The notes under the pieces were generated by a model that had not been told where the DNA came from, did no database searches, and saw only the letters and a list, made by a program, of their open reading frames with translations. From positions 1 through 60,386 of the forward strand of contig JBBSNI010000001.1 in assembly GCA_038232695.1 (NCBI GenBank): a stretch of 60,386 nt of DNA, written 5' to 3'. The stretch's first letter is position 1, and each line of letters begins with the position of its first letter. This document shows positions 49,777 to 60,143 of the stretch, piece by piece. This stretch comes from Cytophagales bacterium (GTDB taxonomy: Bacteria; Bacteroidota; Bacteroidia; Cytophagales; Cyclobacteriaceae). A program made the translations under genes and the position numbers.

Positions 49777-50280
49777 ATGTTTATACCCTTTGAAGAAATG
49801 CCTGACCAGGCCCGCGTATGGGTTTACCAGGCCAACAGACCCCTGAGTAAGGCGGAGGAAGACTATACGTTGCAAATCAGCCAGATATTTGCCAGCCGGT
49901 GGACCGCGCACGGCAAAGACCTGAAGTCTTCTGTCAAAGTTTTCCATCATCAGTTTTTGGTCATTGCTGTAGACGAAGCATATAACCAAGCCAGCGGCTG
50001 TTCTATTGATGCTTCGGTGGCTTTGGTGAAGGAGTTGGAGCAAAAGCTGGGGAGTTCTACCCATCCGCTTAGCTTCTTTGACCGGACAAAGGTAGCTTTT
50101 GTGTACCAGGATCAGGTTTTCCTGGAATCTATGAGCCGCCTGAAGGAGCGTGTTATGGAGGGAAATATTACGCCTGAGACTTTCACTTTTAATAATTTGG
50201 TCAGCAGTAAAGAGCAGTTTGAAAAGGAATGGATGGTGCCCGCTAAAAATTCCTGGCTTGCCCGTTATTTCAAATCCTGA
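49777..50280 (+). CDS. Conserved Bacteroidetes hypothetical protein
   Basis: RVWVYQANR, WTAHG, ASGCSIDAS, FNNLV motifs. Confidence 0.7.
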   Translation: MFIPFEEMPDQARVWVYQANRPLSKAEEDYTLQISQIFASRWTAHGKDLKSSVKVFHHQFLVIAVDEAYNQASGCSIDASVALVKELEQKLGSSTHPLSFFDRTKVAFVYQDQVFLESMSRLKERVMEGNITPETFTFNNLVSSKEQFEKEWMVPAKNSWLARYFKS

Positions 50281-50365
50281 TTTTGCATAATTTACAGACG
50301 TTCAAAGCGTTTAGCATACAAAGAACCCTGTTATTTATTGTTAAAAAGCATTCCTTCTAAAAGTC

Positions 50366-52342
50366 ATGTATAAAAATTCATATCATCTTCTGGTGTTAGT
50401 TTTCTTCCTGGTAGCAAGTGCTTGCAGTCCCGGCAAGAGAGCGCTGGTCAAAGGCTACAACAGTTATAACAACGGAGATTATGACGTGGCCATTGACTAT
50501 TATAAAACCGCTATAGACAACGGCGCGGAAGTAGCTCGGTCCAACTACCAGATTGCCGAGTCGTACCGCCTGAGCAACCGGCTGCAGGAAGCCCGCCCCT
50601 ATTATGAAGCTTCCCTGGATATGGGTGTTCCTGATACTTCTGCTATCTTTTATTATGCTTTATCCCTTAAACAAAACGGAGAATACGGCAAAGCCAAAAA
50701 AGAGATGCAGGAATACCTGGACATGACAGAGGATACGACCTCGACCTTTGCCCGCCGGGTAAAACAGGAAATTAAAAACCTCGAAAAGCTCGACGAGATC
50801 ATAGCTAAAGAAGATTACTTTGAAATAGAAAACCTGCAAGCGGTCAACAGCGAAGGCGCCGAATATGCCCCTTTCGTAGAGAAAGGCACTTTTTACTTTA
50901 CTTCTTCGCGCAACAGCCAGCAAATCTACAAGGCGACAGGCACAGGCTTTACCAATATTTTCAAAGCGCCCATTGAGGGTCAAAAGATTTTGATTGATCA
51001 GGCGGCTGTCTTAGGAGATAAATTTGCTACAGAAGCGATCAACGAAGGATGTCTGACTTTTTCGCCCGATGGAAAAACGATGGTCTTTGCCAAAGGCAAC
51101 AGCGGAAAGCGCAAAGGTGCCCGCGACGTCAACTTGTTTATCTCCCGTTACCAAAAAGGGAAATGGACAACACCCGAACTCATGAGCATCAGCGACCCGA
51201 ATGCCTGGGACTCTACGCCTGCCTTCAGCCGCGATGGTAAAACCCTGTATTTTGCCTCTAACCGGCCGGGAGGCAATGGAGGCGTTGATCTTTACTCTGC
51301 CCGTATGGACGGCCGCGGACGCTGGAGCGATGTACGGAATATGGGACTCACTATTAATACGCCTGGCAATGAAATGTTTCCCTACGTGACCGATGATGGC
51401 AAGTTGTATTTCTCTTCCGACGGGCACCCCAGCATCGGAGCCTTAGATATTTTTGTAGCCGTGCGCAAGGAAGGAGAAATCAGCATTGAGAACCTGGGGC
51501 CACCTGTCAACTCTACGGGTGATGATTTTGGGATTTCTTTTACTTCTATCCAGGACGGATATTTCACCTCTAACCGTGAGGGGGGCAAAGGCGATGATGA
51601 TCTGTATGTCTTTGTCAACAACGATCCTAACCTCAAGAAAGTAAACTATTTTCTGGCAGGTATCACCGTGACGACTAATGACGAAACAGGTAAGGAGCAA
51701 ATCCTGGAGGGCGTCAATGTAAAGTTGGTATACCCGGAAGGGAAAACAGTTATCAACTCGGAAGAAACCGATGCGGAAGGTGACTTTAAGTTTGGCGTGG
51801 AAGGCGGCACCAACTATGAACTTATCGGCGAAAAACAGGGCTATTTCACCACACGCCTTCCTTTTACCACTATCGGAAAAACTATTCCGCAGGAAGAACT
51901 TACGAAGATGGTGACTGATACAACTTTCAAGACCAAGCTGGTGCTCAACAAGATTGTCATCGACAAAGCCATTGTGCTGGAAAATATTTACTATGAATTT
52001 GACCAAAGCTTTATCACCGATGCAGCCGCCACCGAATTGGATAAGCTGGTTAATATCATGAAAGACAACCCCCAGATCAGCATAGAACTAAGCTCTCATA
52101 CAGATGCACAGGGCGATAATGCGTACAACCAGGCGCTTTCGCAGAGAAGAGCCAATTCGGCCGTTCAATACCTGGTAGAAAGTGGCATTGACCCCGGCAG
52201 GATCACTGCCAAAGGCTATGGAGAGGAGCAATTGATCATTAAAAATGCCTTGAACGACGAGCAGCATGAAATCAACCGCCGCACTGAGTTTAAAGTGGTA
52301 CGGATAGACAAATCCCAAGCCCGGAATAGCGGTTCGGAATAG
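50366..52342 (+). CDS. PorE-like lipoprotein: TPR + PD40 propeller + carboxypeptidase-regulatory + OmpA_C domains
   Basis: Lipobox ASAC; FSPDGK and FSRDGKTLYFASNRPGG.GG.DLY repeats; SHTD..G..YN..LSQRRA...NRRTEF. Confidence 0.88.
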   Translation: MYKNSYHLLVLVFFLVASACSPGKRALVKGYNSYNNGDYDVAIDYYKTAIDNGAEVARSNYQIAESYRLSNRLQEARPYYEASLDMGVPDTSAIFYYALSLKQNGEYGKAKKEMQEYLDMTEDTTSTFARRVKQEIKNLEKLDEIIAKEDYFEIENLQAVNSEGAEYAPFVEKGTFYFTSSRNSQQIYKATGTGFTNIFKAPIEGQKILIDQAAVLGDKFATEAINEGCLTFSPDGKTMVFAKGNSGKRKGARDVNLFISRYQKGKWTTPELMSISDPNAWDSTPAFSRDGKTLYFASNRPGGNGGVDLYSARMDGRGRWSDVRNMGLTINTPGNEMFPYVTDDGKLYFSSDGHPSIGALDIFVAVRKEGEISIENLGPPVNSTGDDFGISFTSIQDGYFTSNREGGKGDDDLYVFVNNDPNLKKVNYFLAGITVTTNDETGKEQILEGVNVKLVYPEGKTVINSEETDAEGDFKFGVEGGTNYELIGEKQGYFTTRLPFTTIGKTIPQEELTKMVTDTTFKTKLVLNKIVIDKAIVLENIYYEFDQSFITDAAATELDKLVNIMKDNPQISIELSSHTDAQGDNAYNQALSQRRANSAVQYLVESGIDPGRITAKGYGEEQLIIKNALNDEQHEINRRTEFKVVRIDKSQARNSGSE

Positions 52343-52353
52343 TGGTACGCATA

Positions 52354-52430
52354 GAGGTCTGTGAGACACAGACCTCGGAGTTGTAGAGGTCTGTAGAGAC
52401 CGGGCCACGGCGGCATAGACCTTTGAGTTG
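52354..52430. repeat. REP-like palindromic repeats (same family as 7381-7492)
   Basis: gaggtctgtg-aga-cacagacctc perfect hairpin, then gagaccgggccacggcggcatagacc. Confidence 0.7.
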
Positions 52431-52457
52431 TTATTTCAATGTGACTTTGTATAATAG

Positions 52458-52499
52458 AAATGCCCGCATTCTTTTCTTCGGATGTGGGCATTTTCTTTT
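52458..52499 (+). terminator. Intrinsic terminator
   Basis: aaatgcccgcat...atgtgggcatttt followed by a T-rich tail. Confidence 0.6.
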
Positions 52500-52667
52500 A
52501 GCCAACACCACACTTTACGAAGATAATTCTTTTAATTAAAGTTAAGTTTTATATATCAACCAGCTTTTCTACTTTTACGCGAACAGCAAAGGATAAGCAG
52601 ATATAGCTTTTCAGTGGGTAAAAACTACGGCTGTTGCCCCGTTTTTCAACGTAAAACAGATAGCACC

Positions 52668-53846
52668 ATGAGCGACCGGTACAGTCAGCGCGGCGTTTCC
52701 GCTTCCAAAGAAGATGTGCATCAGGCCATTGAAAAGATAGACAAAGGATTGTTTCCAAACGCCTTTTGCAAGATCGTTCCTGACTTGCTGGGAGGCGATC
52801 CTGCGTATTGCAATATTATGCACGCCGACGGGGCAGGCACCAAATCTTCCTTAGCCTACTTGTATTGGAGAGAGACGGGTGACTTGTCTGTGTGGAGAGG
52901 CATTGCACAAGATGCCGTCGTCATGAATACTGACGATCTGATCTGTGTAGGTGCTGTAGATCGCATCCTGCTTTCTTCTACCATCGGCAGAAATAAACAC
53001 CTGATCACTGGCGAGGTAATTAAAGCGATCATAGAAGGAACGGAAGAAGTACTGGACATGCTCCGTGGCTATGGCATTCTTATCATAAGCACCGGGGGAG
53101 AAACCGCTGACATCGGCGACCTGGTACGAACTGTGGTCGTAGACAGCACCGTGACAGCCCGCATGAAACGTAAGGAAGTCATTACCAATGAAAACATAGC
53201 TTCCGGCGACGTAATCGTCGGATTAGCTTCTTTTGGACAAGCTGTTTACGAAGACAGTTACAACGGAGGTATGGGAAGCAATGGGCTTACCTCGGCACGC
53301 CACGATGTTTTTCACCATACGCTGGCACAGTATCCTGAAAGTTTTGATCCGTCTGTTCCCGAAGCGTTGGTATACACGGGCAGCCGCGCGCTGACAGAAA
53401 AAATAACAATAGGCAACAACATCACGATGGATATCGGCAAGTTGGTGCTATCCCCTACCCGTACCTATGCGCCCATCGTCAAAAAAGTGTTGCAGGAAAT
53501 AGGCCACCGCCCGATTCACGGCATGGTTCATTGCAGCGGCGGCGCGCAAACCAAGGTGCTTCATTTTATCAACAAACTGCATGTCATCAAAGACCAGCTT
53601 TTTCCGACGCCTCCTTTGTTCAGGCTGATACAGCAGGAAAGCCAGACATCGTGGCAGGAAATGTACAAAGTATTCAACATGGGTCACCGGCTGGAAATAT
53701 ATGTCGAGGAAGCTTATGCACAAACAATCATAGACATTGCCCGGACATTTAAGATAGAAGCAAAGATCATCGGTTATACAGAGCCGCATACAGATAAACA
53801 GGTAACCATCCGAAGCGAACACGGGGAATACAGCTATGCGCACTAA
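52668..53846 (+). CDS. purM: Phosphoribosylformylglycinamidine cyclo-ligase (AIR synthase)
   Basis: RYSQRGVSASK, HADGAGTK, GGETAD, GSNG, EMYKVFNMG; start MSDRY at 52668. Confidence 0.9.
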   Translation: MSDRYSQRGVSASKEDVHQAIEKIDKGLFPNAFCKIVPDLLGGDPAYCNIMHADGAGTKSSLAYLYWRETGDLSVWRGIAQDAVVMNTDDLICVGAVDRILLSSTIGRNKHLITGEVIKAIIEGTEEVLDMLRGYGILIISTGGETADIGDLVRTVVVDSTVTARMKRKEVITNENIASGDVIVGLASFGQAVYEDSYNGGMGSNGLTSARHDVFHHTLAQYPESFDPSVPEALVYTGSRALTEKITIGNNITMDIGKLVLSPTRTYAPIVKKVLQEIGHRPIHGMVHCSGGAQTKVLHFINKLHVIKDQLFPTPPLFRLIQQESQTSWQEMYKVFNMGHRLEIYVEEAYAQTIIDIARTFKIEAKIIGYTEPHTDKQVTIRSEHGEYSYAH

Positions 53847-55176
53847 AATTTTAAATGCTCTCGTCGTCAGCAATGGAAAGATACAGCAGGCTGACCTGCT
53901 CATAGAAGATCAGTGGATCGCCCGTATAGACCCGGACCTGTCCGGCATAACCACCGACGTTACCCTGGACGCTAAAGGACAGTACGTATTGCCCGGGCTG
54001 ATTGACGACCAGGTGCATTTTCGTGAACCGGGTCTGACGCATAAAGGCGACATCTACACAGAATCCAGGGCAGCCGTTGCCGGAGGCGTCACTTCTTTTA
54101 TGGAAATGCCCAACACGGTGCCTAATGCGCTGACGCAGCCCTTATTGCAGGAAAAATATGCGCGCGCTGCCCAGACTTCCCTGGGCAACTACTCCTTCTA
54201 TATGGGCGTTTCTAACGATAACTTAGAGGAAGCGCTGAAAACCGATCCTTCAAAGGTATGCGGACTGAAAATATTTATGGGTTCTTCTACAGGCAATATG
54301 CTGGTAGATGATGAAGCTACGCTGCAAAATATCTTTGCGAAGTCTGAACTCTTGATTGCCACGCACTGCGAAGACGAAGCAACGGTCCGGGCGAATATGC
54401 AGCAATACCGCCAGAAGTACGGAGAAGATGTGCCCATCACCTGCCATCCGCTGATACGCAGCCACGAAGCTTGCTACCTTTCTTCCTCCCTGGCGGTTGA
54501 ACTGGCACGTACGCATGGCACCCGCCTGCATGTGCTGCATATTTCTACTGCCAAAGAAACTGCGTTGTTTGACAACAAACTACCGTTGGCAGAAAAGAAA
54601 ATTACCTCGGAGGCTTGTATTCATCATCTGTGGTTTGACGACAGCTTTTATGATGAAAAAGGAACCCTGATCAAATGGAACCCGGCGATCAAAACAGCAG
54701 CCGACCGGGAAGCCATCTTCCGGGCGGTGCTGGACGACCGTATTGATGTGATCGCTACGGACCATGCCCCGCATACGATGGAAGAAAAGCAGCAGACTTA
54801 TTTTAAAGCACCTTCCGGCGGACCGCTGGTACAGCATAGCCTGGTGGCATTGCTGGAGTTTTATCACCAGGGAAAAATTTCATTAGAAAAAATAGCAGAA
54901 AAAGCCAGCCACAATCCAGCGATACTTTTTCGGATAGACCGCCGGGGGTTCGTCCGTGAGGGCTATTACGCCGACCTGGCAGTGGTCGATCTGAATGCTC
55001 CCTGGACGGTAGACCGGCACAATATTTTGGCAAAATGCGGCTGGTCACCTTTTGAGGGGCAGTCGTTTCGTTCAAAAGTTACCCATACTTTTGTTTCCGG
55101 TCATCTGGCTTACCGGGAAGGGCATTTTGATGAAACAAAAAAGGGAATGCGGTTGGCTTTTACAGGGTCAAAATGA
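53836..55176 (+). CDS. pyrC: Dihydroorotase
   Basis: PGLIDDQVHFREPG, EMPNT, HCEDE, KWNP, ATDHAPH, KCGWSPF. Confidence 0.9.
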   Translation: MRTKILNALVVSNGKIQQADLLIEDQWIARIDPDLSGITTDVTLDAKGQYVLPGLIDDQVHFREPGLTHKGDIYTESRAAVAGGVTSFMEMPNTVPNALTQPLLQEKYARAAQTSLGNYSFYMGVSNDNLEEALKTDPSKVCGLKIFMGSSTGNMLVDDEATLQNIFAKSELLIATHCEDEATVRANMQQYRQKYGEDVPITCHPLIRSHEACYLSSSLAVELARTHGTRLHVLHISTAKETALFDNKLPLAEKKITSEACIHHLWFDDSFYDEKGTLIKWNPAIKTAADREAIFRAVLDDRIDVIATDHAPHTMEEKQQTYFKAPSGGPLVQHSLVALLEFYHQGKISLEKIAEKASHNPAILFRIDRRGFVREGYYADLAVVDLNAPWTVDRHNILAKCGWSPFEGQSFRSKVTHTFVSGHLAYREGHFDETKKGMRLAFTGSK

Positions 55177-55270
55177 TTATTGAATGATTGGTTCAAATTT
55201 TTTTGCTCATGTAGAACACTCTTCAGCACTATTAAGAATTGCATTCTGGATTTGGTAAAAAAGAGCATGT

Positions 55271-56338
55271 GTGCTTAAATATAGAACTTTGGTTAAAGCG
55301 TTTAATATTTTCATTTTTGTCATTACCCTGCTGGCTTATGTCAGCACTTATGTTTCTCCCGAAAAATTCTGGGTAGCCGGTTTTCTATCACTGGCTATTC
55401 CCGGTCTGCTGTTGCTCAATGTCTTGTTGTTGTTGTTTTATTTGTTCAAGGGCAGAATATGGTTTTTGTTTCCACTCATCGCGTTGCTGGCAGGATATCG
55501 CTACCTGTCTGCCAGCTTTTCCGTGAATCCTCAAAACGGGCCGGAAGTTGACAGCTTTTCTGTCCTTAATTATAATGTAAGAGTGTTCAATTCTTACGCT
55601 TACTTGCAGAAAGAAAACCAGACAGGCAAGTCTATGATAGACTGGATTGCCGACCATGATGCTGATGTGAAGTGTTTGCAGGAGTTTTACAACGAAGACA
55701 GTTCCAATCTGTACAATACATTTTCCAGAATACGCCGGGGAGACCAGTATCATGGCTATGTGCGTTCTTCGGCAACCAACCGCATCGGAGGGCAGTTTGG
55801 GCTGGCGATCTTCAGCCGGTTTCCTATCCTGACAAAAGGTGAAGTAACGTTCAGGGATAACAAGCAGCAACATGCCATTTATACAGACCTGCTGATCAAC
55901 CAAGATACGGTAAGAGTATACAATGTACATCTGCAATCTATGAGTATTGATGAAAGAAAGATCGGCGACATGGAGAAAGCCAAAGAAAACTATACGGCCA
56001 TCGCCCGGAAGCTAAAGTTTGGGTTTATCAACCGTGCCAGGCAGATAGACAACCTGATCTTACATATCAACCAAAGCCCGCACCGGGTGATCGTTTGCGG
56101 CGACTTCAACGATTTGCCTTACAGCTATACGTACTCCCGGCTAAAAGGGCGTCTGCACAATGCTTTTGAGGAGGCAGGCAACGGGCTGGGCTTTAGCTAC
56201 AATGGCAAACTCTTTTTTTTAAGGATCGACAACCAGTTTTACAGTGAAGGATTAGAACCACAAAACTTTGAGACCTACCGCGATGTTACTTATTCGGATC
56301 ATTATCCTGTGCAGGCTTCTTATATCGTAGCCGAATGA
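55271..56338 (+). CDS. Endonuclease/exonuclease/phosphatase family protein with N-terminal TM helices
   Basis: NYNV, CLQE, NVHLQS, CGDFND, RID, SDHYPV. Confidence 0.88.
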   Translation: MLKYRTLVKAFNIFIFVITLLAYVSTYVSPEKFWVAGFLSLAIPGLLLLNVLLLLFYLFKGRIWFLFPLIALLAGYRYLSASFSVNPQNGPEVDSFSVLNYNVRVFNSYAYLQKENQTGKSMIDWIADHDADVKCLQEFYNEDSSNLYNTFSRIRRGDQYHGYVRSSATNRIGGQFGLAIFSRFPILTKGEVTFRDNKQQHAIYTDLLINQDTVRVYNVHLQSMSIDERKIGDMEKAKENYTAIARKLKFGFINRARQIDNLILHINQSPHRVIVCGDFNDLPYSYTYSRLKGRLHNAFEEAGNGLGFSYNGKLFFLRIDNQFYSEGLEPQNFETYRDVTYSDHYPVQASYIVAE

Positions 56339-56419
56339 GCACCAGGTGCCTGATTCTACAAATTATGATAATAGGCTTTGTAAATTCGGGGCATATCTTT
56401 ATTTTTGTGAGACAAACAT

Positions 56420-56494
56420 GGTGATTGTAGCTCAGTTGGTTAGAGCGCTGGTTTGTGGTACCAGAGGTCGTGGGTTCGAGCCCCATCTATCACC
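56420..56494 (+). tRNA. tRNA-His (GTG)
   Basis: ggtgattgtagctcagttggttagagcgctggttGTGgtaccagaggtcgtgggttcgagccccatctatcacc with G-1; TATTTTTG -7 box at 56400-07; terminator at about 56497-56533. Confidence 0.93.
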
Positions 56495-56635
56495 CTAAAA
56501 ACCGCTTTTCGATATAGGAACAGCGGTTTTTTTATTATATTTGTTAAAGGGCAGCCGTTGAATTTCTATGCCCTGCTTAAAGCATCATTCCTGACCGGCT
56601 GCCCATCAAACAGTACTGAAAGTAAAGCAACTGTC

Positions 56636-56890
56636 ATGTGTTCTTCCGAATTTATGGACTTATCCTTAAGAAACAAGATACAGCTATTGTACCGGGAAGG
56701 GACTTTTGTGACTGCCATACGGTATTACAGCTATAAAATCAATCTCTATCTGCTGGAAGGTTATTACGTGGAAGTGTTTTACAACCACAAACTCGACAAA
56801 ATAGAAAAGATAGAACTCCTTCAGACCTCACACACCCGGCTAAAATTTTATACCGATCAAATTTCCCTTCCGCAAAACCTTTTTGAGTAG
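56636..56890 (+). CDS. Small conserved hypothetical protein
   Basis: EF..LSL.NKI.LLY.EGTFV..IRYY.YKINLY.L..YYVEVFYN pattern; the longer ORF overlaps the tRNA, so the start is placed at 56636. Confidence 0.6.
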   Translation: MCSSEFMDLSLRNKIQLLYREGTFVTAIRYYSYKINLYLLEGYYVEVFYNHKLDKIEKIELLQTSHTRLKFYTDQISLPQNLFE

Positions 56891-57050
56891 CAAGTATGAA
56901 TAAGCAAGGATTGATTATCTGATAGCTTTGCTTTTCTGCATGATGAAGAGGATTTGTATGATGAGCGTGATTTAAAAGAGAAATACTAATGCAAAAGGGT
57001 CACCGTGACGCGGAGACATTGTTCTGATTCCCTTTCCCTCTTCCAGCCCT

Positions 57051-57593
57051 TTAAATTGTCACATTCCCCCAGTTTTCGCCGGACCTGATGCGGTTGAGTT
57101 GTGTGTGGGTGATGTTGAACCGCTTGGCGATCATGCTGAGCCGGGTTTTGTTGCTTTTAAGCAGCCTTTTGATCACCCGCACATCGGCTTCGGTGAGTTT
57201 GTAGCCTGTGGTTCTACTCTTCAGGATCGCCGGGTTTTCGTTGTTATGCTCGTTGAGTTCCTGTTCACTCATCCACTTCAGATTGTAGCGGCTGTTATTC
57301 TTTTTGTCGAAATCAATATGGGCGACAAAGCGGCAGTCGTCGGAAGGTCTGGCGACAAAAGCTTTGGCGACCAGGCGATGAATGTAATGCGTTTGAGAAA
57401 CTTTCTTGCCCAGCCGTACCATCACCGATAGGTAACCGTTGACGTCCGAGCCTTTCATCACTCTTCCGTTGATCTTGTCGACCGCGTAGCTTTTTACCCG
57501 GCCCAGGCTGGAGACCTCGTATTTGGCATGAGGCAGGTCGGTCTCAAAATCAATTTCTTTCCAGACCTCATTTCGATACCTGTTTAAGCTCAT
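57051..57593 (-). CDS. NUMOD4-HNH endonuclease family protein with C-terminal HTH
   Basis: EVWKEI...YEVSSLGRVKS (NUMOD4); HRLVAKAF...HIDFDKKNN..NLKW (HNH); KLTEADV..IK...IAKRFNIT. Confidence 0.82.
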   Translation of the reverse strand: MSLNRYRNEVWKEIDFETDLPHAKYEVSSLGRVKSYAVDKINGRVMKGSDVNGYLSVMVRLGKKVSQTHYIHRLVAKAFVARPSDDCRFVAHIDFDKKNNSRYNLKWMSEQELNEHNNENPAILKSRTTGYKLTEADVRVIKRLLKSNKTRLSMIAKRFNITHTQLNRIRSGENWGNVTI

Positions 57594-57629
57594 AGTCAGG
57601 GGGTTGTATAGTAGAGAAATTTACGCTAT

Positions 57630-58229
57630 TTATAATGACAGCAGCTTTTGGTGGATGCTGAGCACTTCCGGTACGATCAGCGACTGTCCGCCGTTGTCGA
57701 TATTAAAATCAGCTTTCTGCGACCTGGCTTTGTCTGTCCACTGTTTTTCCATGATATGGACCACCTGCTGCCAGGAGCGTTGCGGGTCTCTCAACAGCAC
57801 CCGCCTGATCCGCAATTCAGCAGGAGCATTCACATTGATAATCTTTTGCAGGGCAGCGTAAGAACCTGTCTCAAAGAGTAAAGCAGCTTCTTTGATCACA
57901 TAAGGAGCCGGCTGGGTTTGCTGCCATTGCTGAAAATCTTCTGCTACGTAAGGATGCACCAGGCCGTTCAGTGCTTTTAACTGCTCCTGGTCGTTAAAAA
58001 CTTTTCCGGCCACAAAAGTACGGTTGAGTGTACCATCTGCCTTGTAGGCTTCTGCGCCAAAATGCGCTTTTATCGCTTCGACCAATGCTTTGTGGTGGGC
58101 TTGCAGCCACTTTGCCCTTGCATCTGCGTAGTAAACAGGAACGCCCAGCGTTTCAAAAACTTTGCAAACCAGGCTTTTGCCGGAACCTATCCCTCCCGTC
58201 ACGCCCACGGCTACGCCTTTATTCTGCAT
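57630..58229 (-). CDS. coaE: Dephospho-CoA kinase
   Basis: GVTGGIGSGKS, YYADARAK, VHPYV, EAALLFE. Confidence 0.93.
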   Translation of the reverse strand: MQNKGVAVGVTGGIGSGKSLVCKVFETLGVPVYYADARAKWLQAHHKALVEAIKAHFGAEAYKADGTLNRTFVAGKVFNDQEQLKALNGLVHPYVAEDFQQWQQTQPAPYVIKEAALLFETGSYAALQKIINVNAPAELRIRRVLLRDPQRSWQQVVHIMEKQWTDKARSQKADFNIDNGGQSLIVPEVLSIHQKLLSL

Positions 58230-59205
58230 AGACTACACGCACTTTGGGAGGTGAAATGACAATGTCCCGTGCAAACTTCGGGGGCGATTTCAAGACTGGC
58301 CTGATGGTGCTGTCTTCAGGATTTAAGTTACGTAAATTGGCAATTACTTCAAAATCAGTATTTTTAGCCAGGTTTGTGTAATTGCTTTGCATCCAAAAAG
58401 AAACCGTGGCAGACGCCTGTGAAAGATAGATGGATGAGTCTTTTGGGAAATTGACAGGTTTTATTTCCAGGCGCTTTTCGTACAAAGAAAAGAGTGCTAC
58501 CTCTACCTTTACCTCTACCTCGTCGGGTGTGATCTGAAGATGGTCGGATTTTTCGTAAGATACCGTCAGTTCCCCGGAGAAGTTTTTGCCGACCGCTTCG
58601 CCGGGCGGGGTGATATACAGTGTGTCAGGAACTTTAGAAACCAGGCTGACAGGTCCTTCGAGCGTAGCCGTATCAGGCAGGATTTGGGGTGGAGCTACCA
58701 GGCGATAGTTGTCTTCCAGCAATATTTTGGTGGTATCTATCGCCAGGTGTACTTTTTTTTTAGTCCGTTTGTCAATATTCAGAAACAGGGTATCAGTGAT
58801 AATATAGTCTAATTGTACACCACTTAGTCTGTTCTCAACCAGGCTGGTAATAAGTCGCGTTTCAATAAATTTAGTCTCCGTCGGATTGTCTAAGGGAATT
58901 TCTACAGGCTCCCTATCGAAGAGCAGCGTCTTGCGCAGCAGGTTCCAGCCACCTCCACTGACTTCTACCGTGATATTTTCGGGAAGCTGGCTGAGCAGGT
59001 AGATGCTGTCCTGATTAAAGTTAAAGGAAATAGGATAATTGATGCGGGTCGTATAGTTCGGTTTATTGAGCGCATTAAAAAACCAGAACGTAGTGGCTGT
59101 AAAAAAACAAAGTAATATCACCTTCAGGCTTCCCTCTTTAGGAGCAGGGAACAACTGTACAAACCGCTTCAAGAGCTTTCGGACATGCCTGGGGTCTTTT
59201 TTCAA
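58219..59205 (-). CDS. YbbR-like domain protein
   Basis: N-terminal TM FWFFNAL, V.GGGWNLL, LEGP.S; conserved yajC-ybbR-coaE order. Confidence 0.7.
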   Translation of the reverse strand: MKKDPRHVRKLLKRFVQLFPAPKEGSLKVILLCFFTATTFWFFNALNKPNYTTRINYPISFNFNQDSIYLLSQLPENITVEVSGGGWNLLRKTLLFDREPVEIPLDNPTETKFIETRLITSLVENRLSGVQLDYIITDTLFLNIDKRTKKKVHLAIDTTKILLEDNYRLVAPPQILPDTATLEGPVSLVSKVPDTLYITPPGEAVGKNFSGELTVSYEKSDHLQITPDEVEVKVEVALFSLYEKRLEIKPVNFPKDSSIYLSQASATVSFWMQSNYTNLAKNTDFEVIANLRNLNPEDSTIRPVLKSPPKFARDIVISPPKVRVVYAE

Positions 59206-59213
59206 AATACAGC

Positions 59214-59528
59214 TTAATTATTCACGTACCGCTTACTTCCTTCCTGAGAGATAGAAGTTTTATCAAACTTGATCCTGGCGCCCCGGTCTACTTCCAGCAC
59301 CACGCTGTCGTCTTCCAGGCTGACCACGCGCCCGTGCATACCGCCAATAGTGACGACCATATCGCCCTTCTTGATAGCGCCGATAAACTCCCGCTGCGTT
59401 TTTTGCTTTTTTTGCTGCGGCCTGATCATAAAGAAATAGAAAATAAGGGCAATCCCCCCAATCAGGATAAGATTGCCCACCAAGCCGCTTTGTCCGCCAT
59501 TCGCTTGCAGCAGAATATAGTGTAACAT
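59214..59528 (-). CDS. yajC: Preprotein translocase subunit YajC
   Basis: FYFFMIRPQQKKQK, KKGDMVVTIGGMHG. Confidence 0.95.
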   Translation of the reverse strand: MLHYILLQANGGQSGLVGNLILIGGIALIFYFFMIRPQQKKQKTQREFIGAIKKGDMVVTIGGMHGRVVSLEDDSVVLEVDRGARIKFDKTSISQEGSKRYVNN

Positions 59529-59535
59529 AGATAAT

Positions 59536-60084
59536 TTATTTTTTTACAGGTCCGGCGCTTGGCTCGTCTTTGGGCAATACGTTGCTTTTGATATACAAAA
59601 GTTTTACAGAAGGTTCCGTATTCGCTGTGATGGTAATGGTTTTGTTGTTTGCACCCGCCTTGTTGTGGCTGTCAAACTTTACTTTGATCTCATTTTCTTT
59701 CCCTGGCAGTATAGGCTCTTTGGGCGGATTGGGTATGGTACATCCACAGGAAGCCGTGGCATTCTGAATGATCAGGGGGGCATCGCCTACATTTTTAAAG
59801 GTAAACGTGTGTTCTACCACTTCTCCTTCTTCGATCGTGCCAAAATCGTGGGTCTCTTCGGCAAACTGGAATTTGGGCACTCCGCTCGTGGCAACATCGC
59901 CGGCAGCCTCAGGCTGGTTGACCCTCAGCGTGGTCGCTTGAGGACTGGAGACAACGCCTTTGTCTTCCATTTCTGCCATCTTGTTTTCAAGGGCAGATAC
60001 ACGCTCTTCCAGGGAAGCATTGCAGGCAGTAAGCAAAAGAGCGCCAAACAGGGCGGTTAGCAGGCTAATATTGATCTTTTTCAT
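59536..60084 (-). CDS. DUF1573 lipoprotein
   Basis: Lipobox LTAC; HDFG.I...F.FKNVG..PLII...ASCGCT.P. Confidence 0.88.
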   Translation of the reverse strand: MKKINISLLTALFGALLLTACNASLEERVSALENKMAEMEDKGVVSSPQATTLRVNQPEAAGDVATSGVPKFQFAEETHDFGTIEEGEVVEHTFTFKNVGDAPLIIQNATASCGCTIPNPPKEPILPGKENEIKVKFDSHNKAGANNKTITITANTEPSVKLLYIKSNVLPKDEPSAGPVKK

Positions 60085-60143
60085 CCTTTTTTTATTTGGT
60101 TTTTACTTTGTGAACGGGTAATCGTATTTTAAAGTATAGGCAA

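Noticed and set aside
56286-56635. ORFs overlapping tRNA-His
   Set aside because: They are translations of the tRNA and its terminator.
56420-57600. Prophage or island integrated at tRNA-His (or at tRNA-Phe)
   Set aside because: No integrase, and I saw no duplicated tRNA 3' end in the window.
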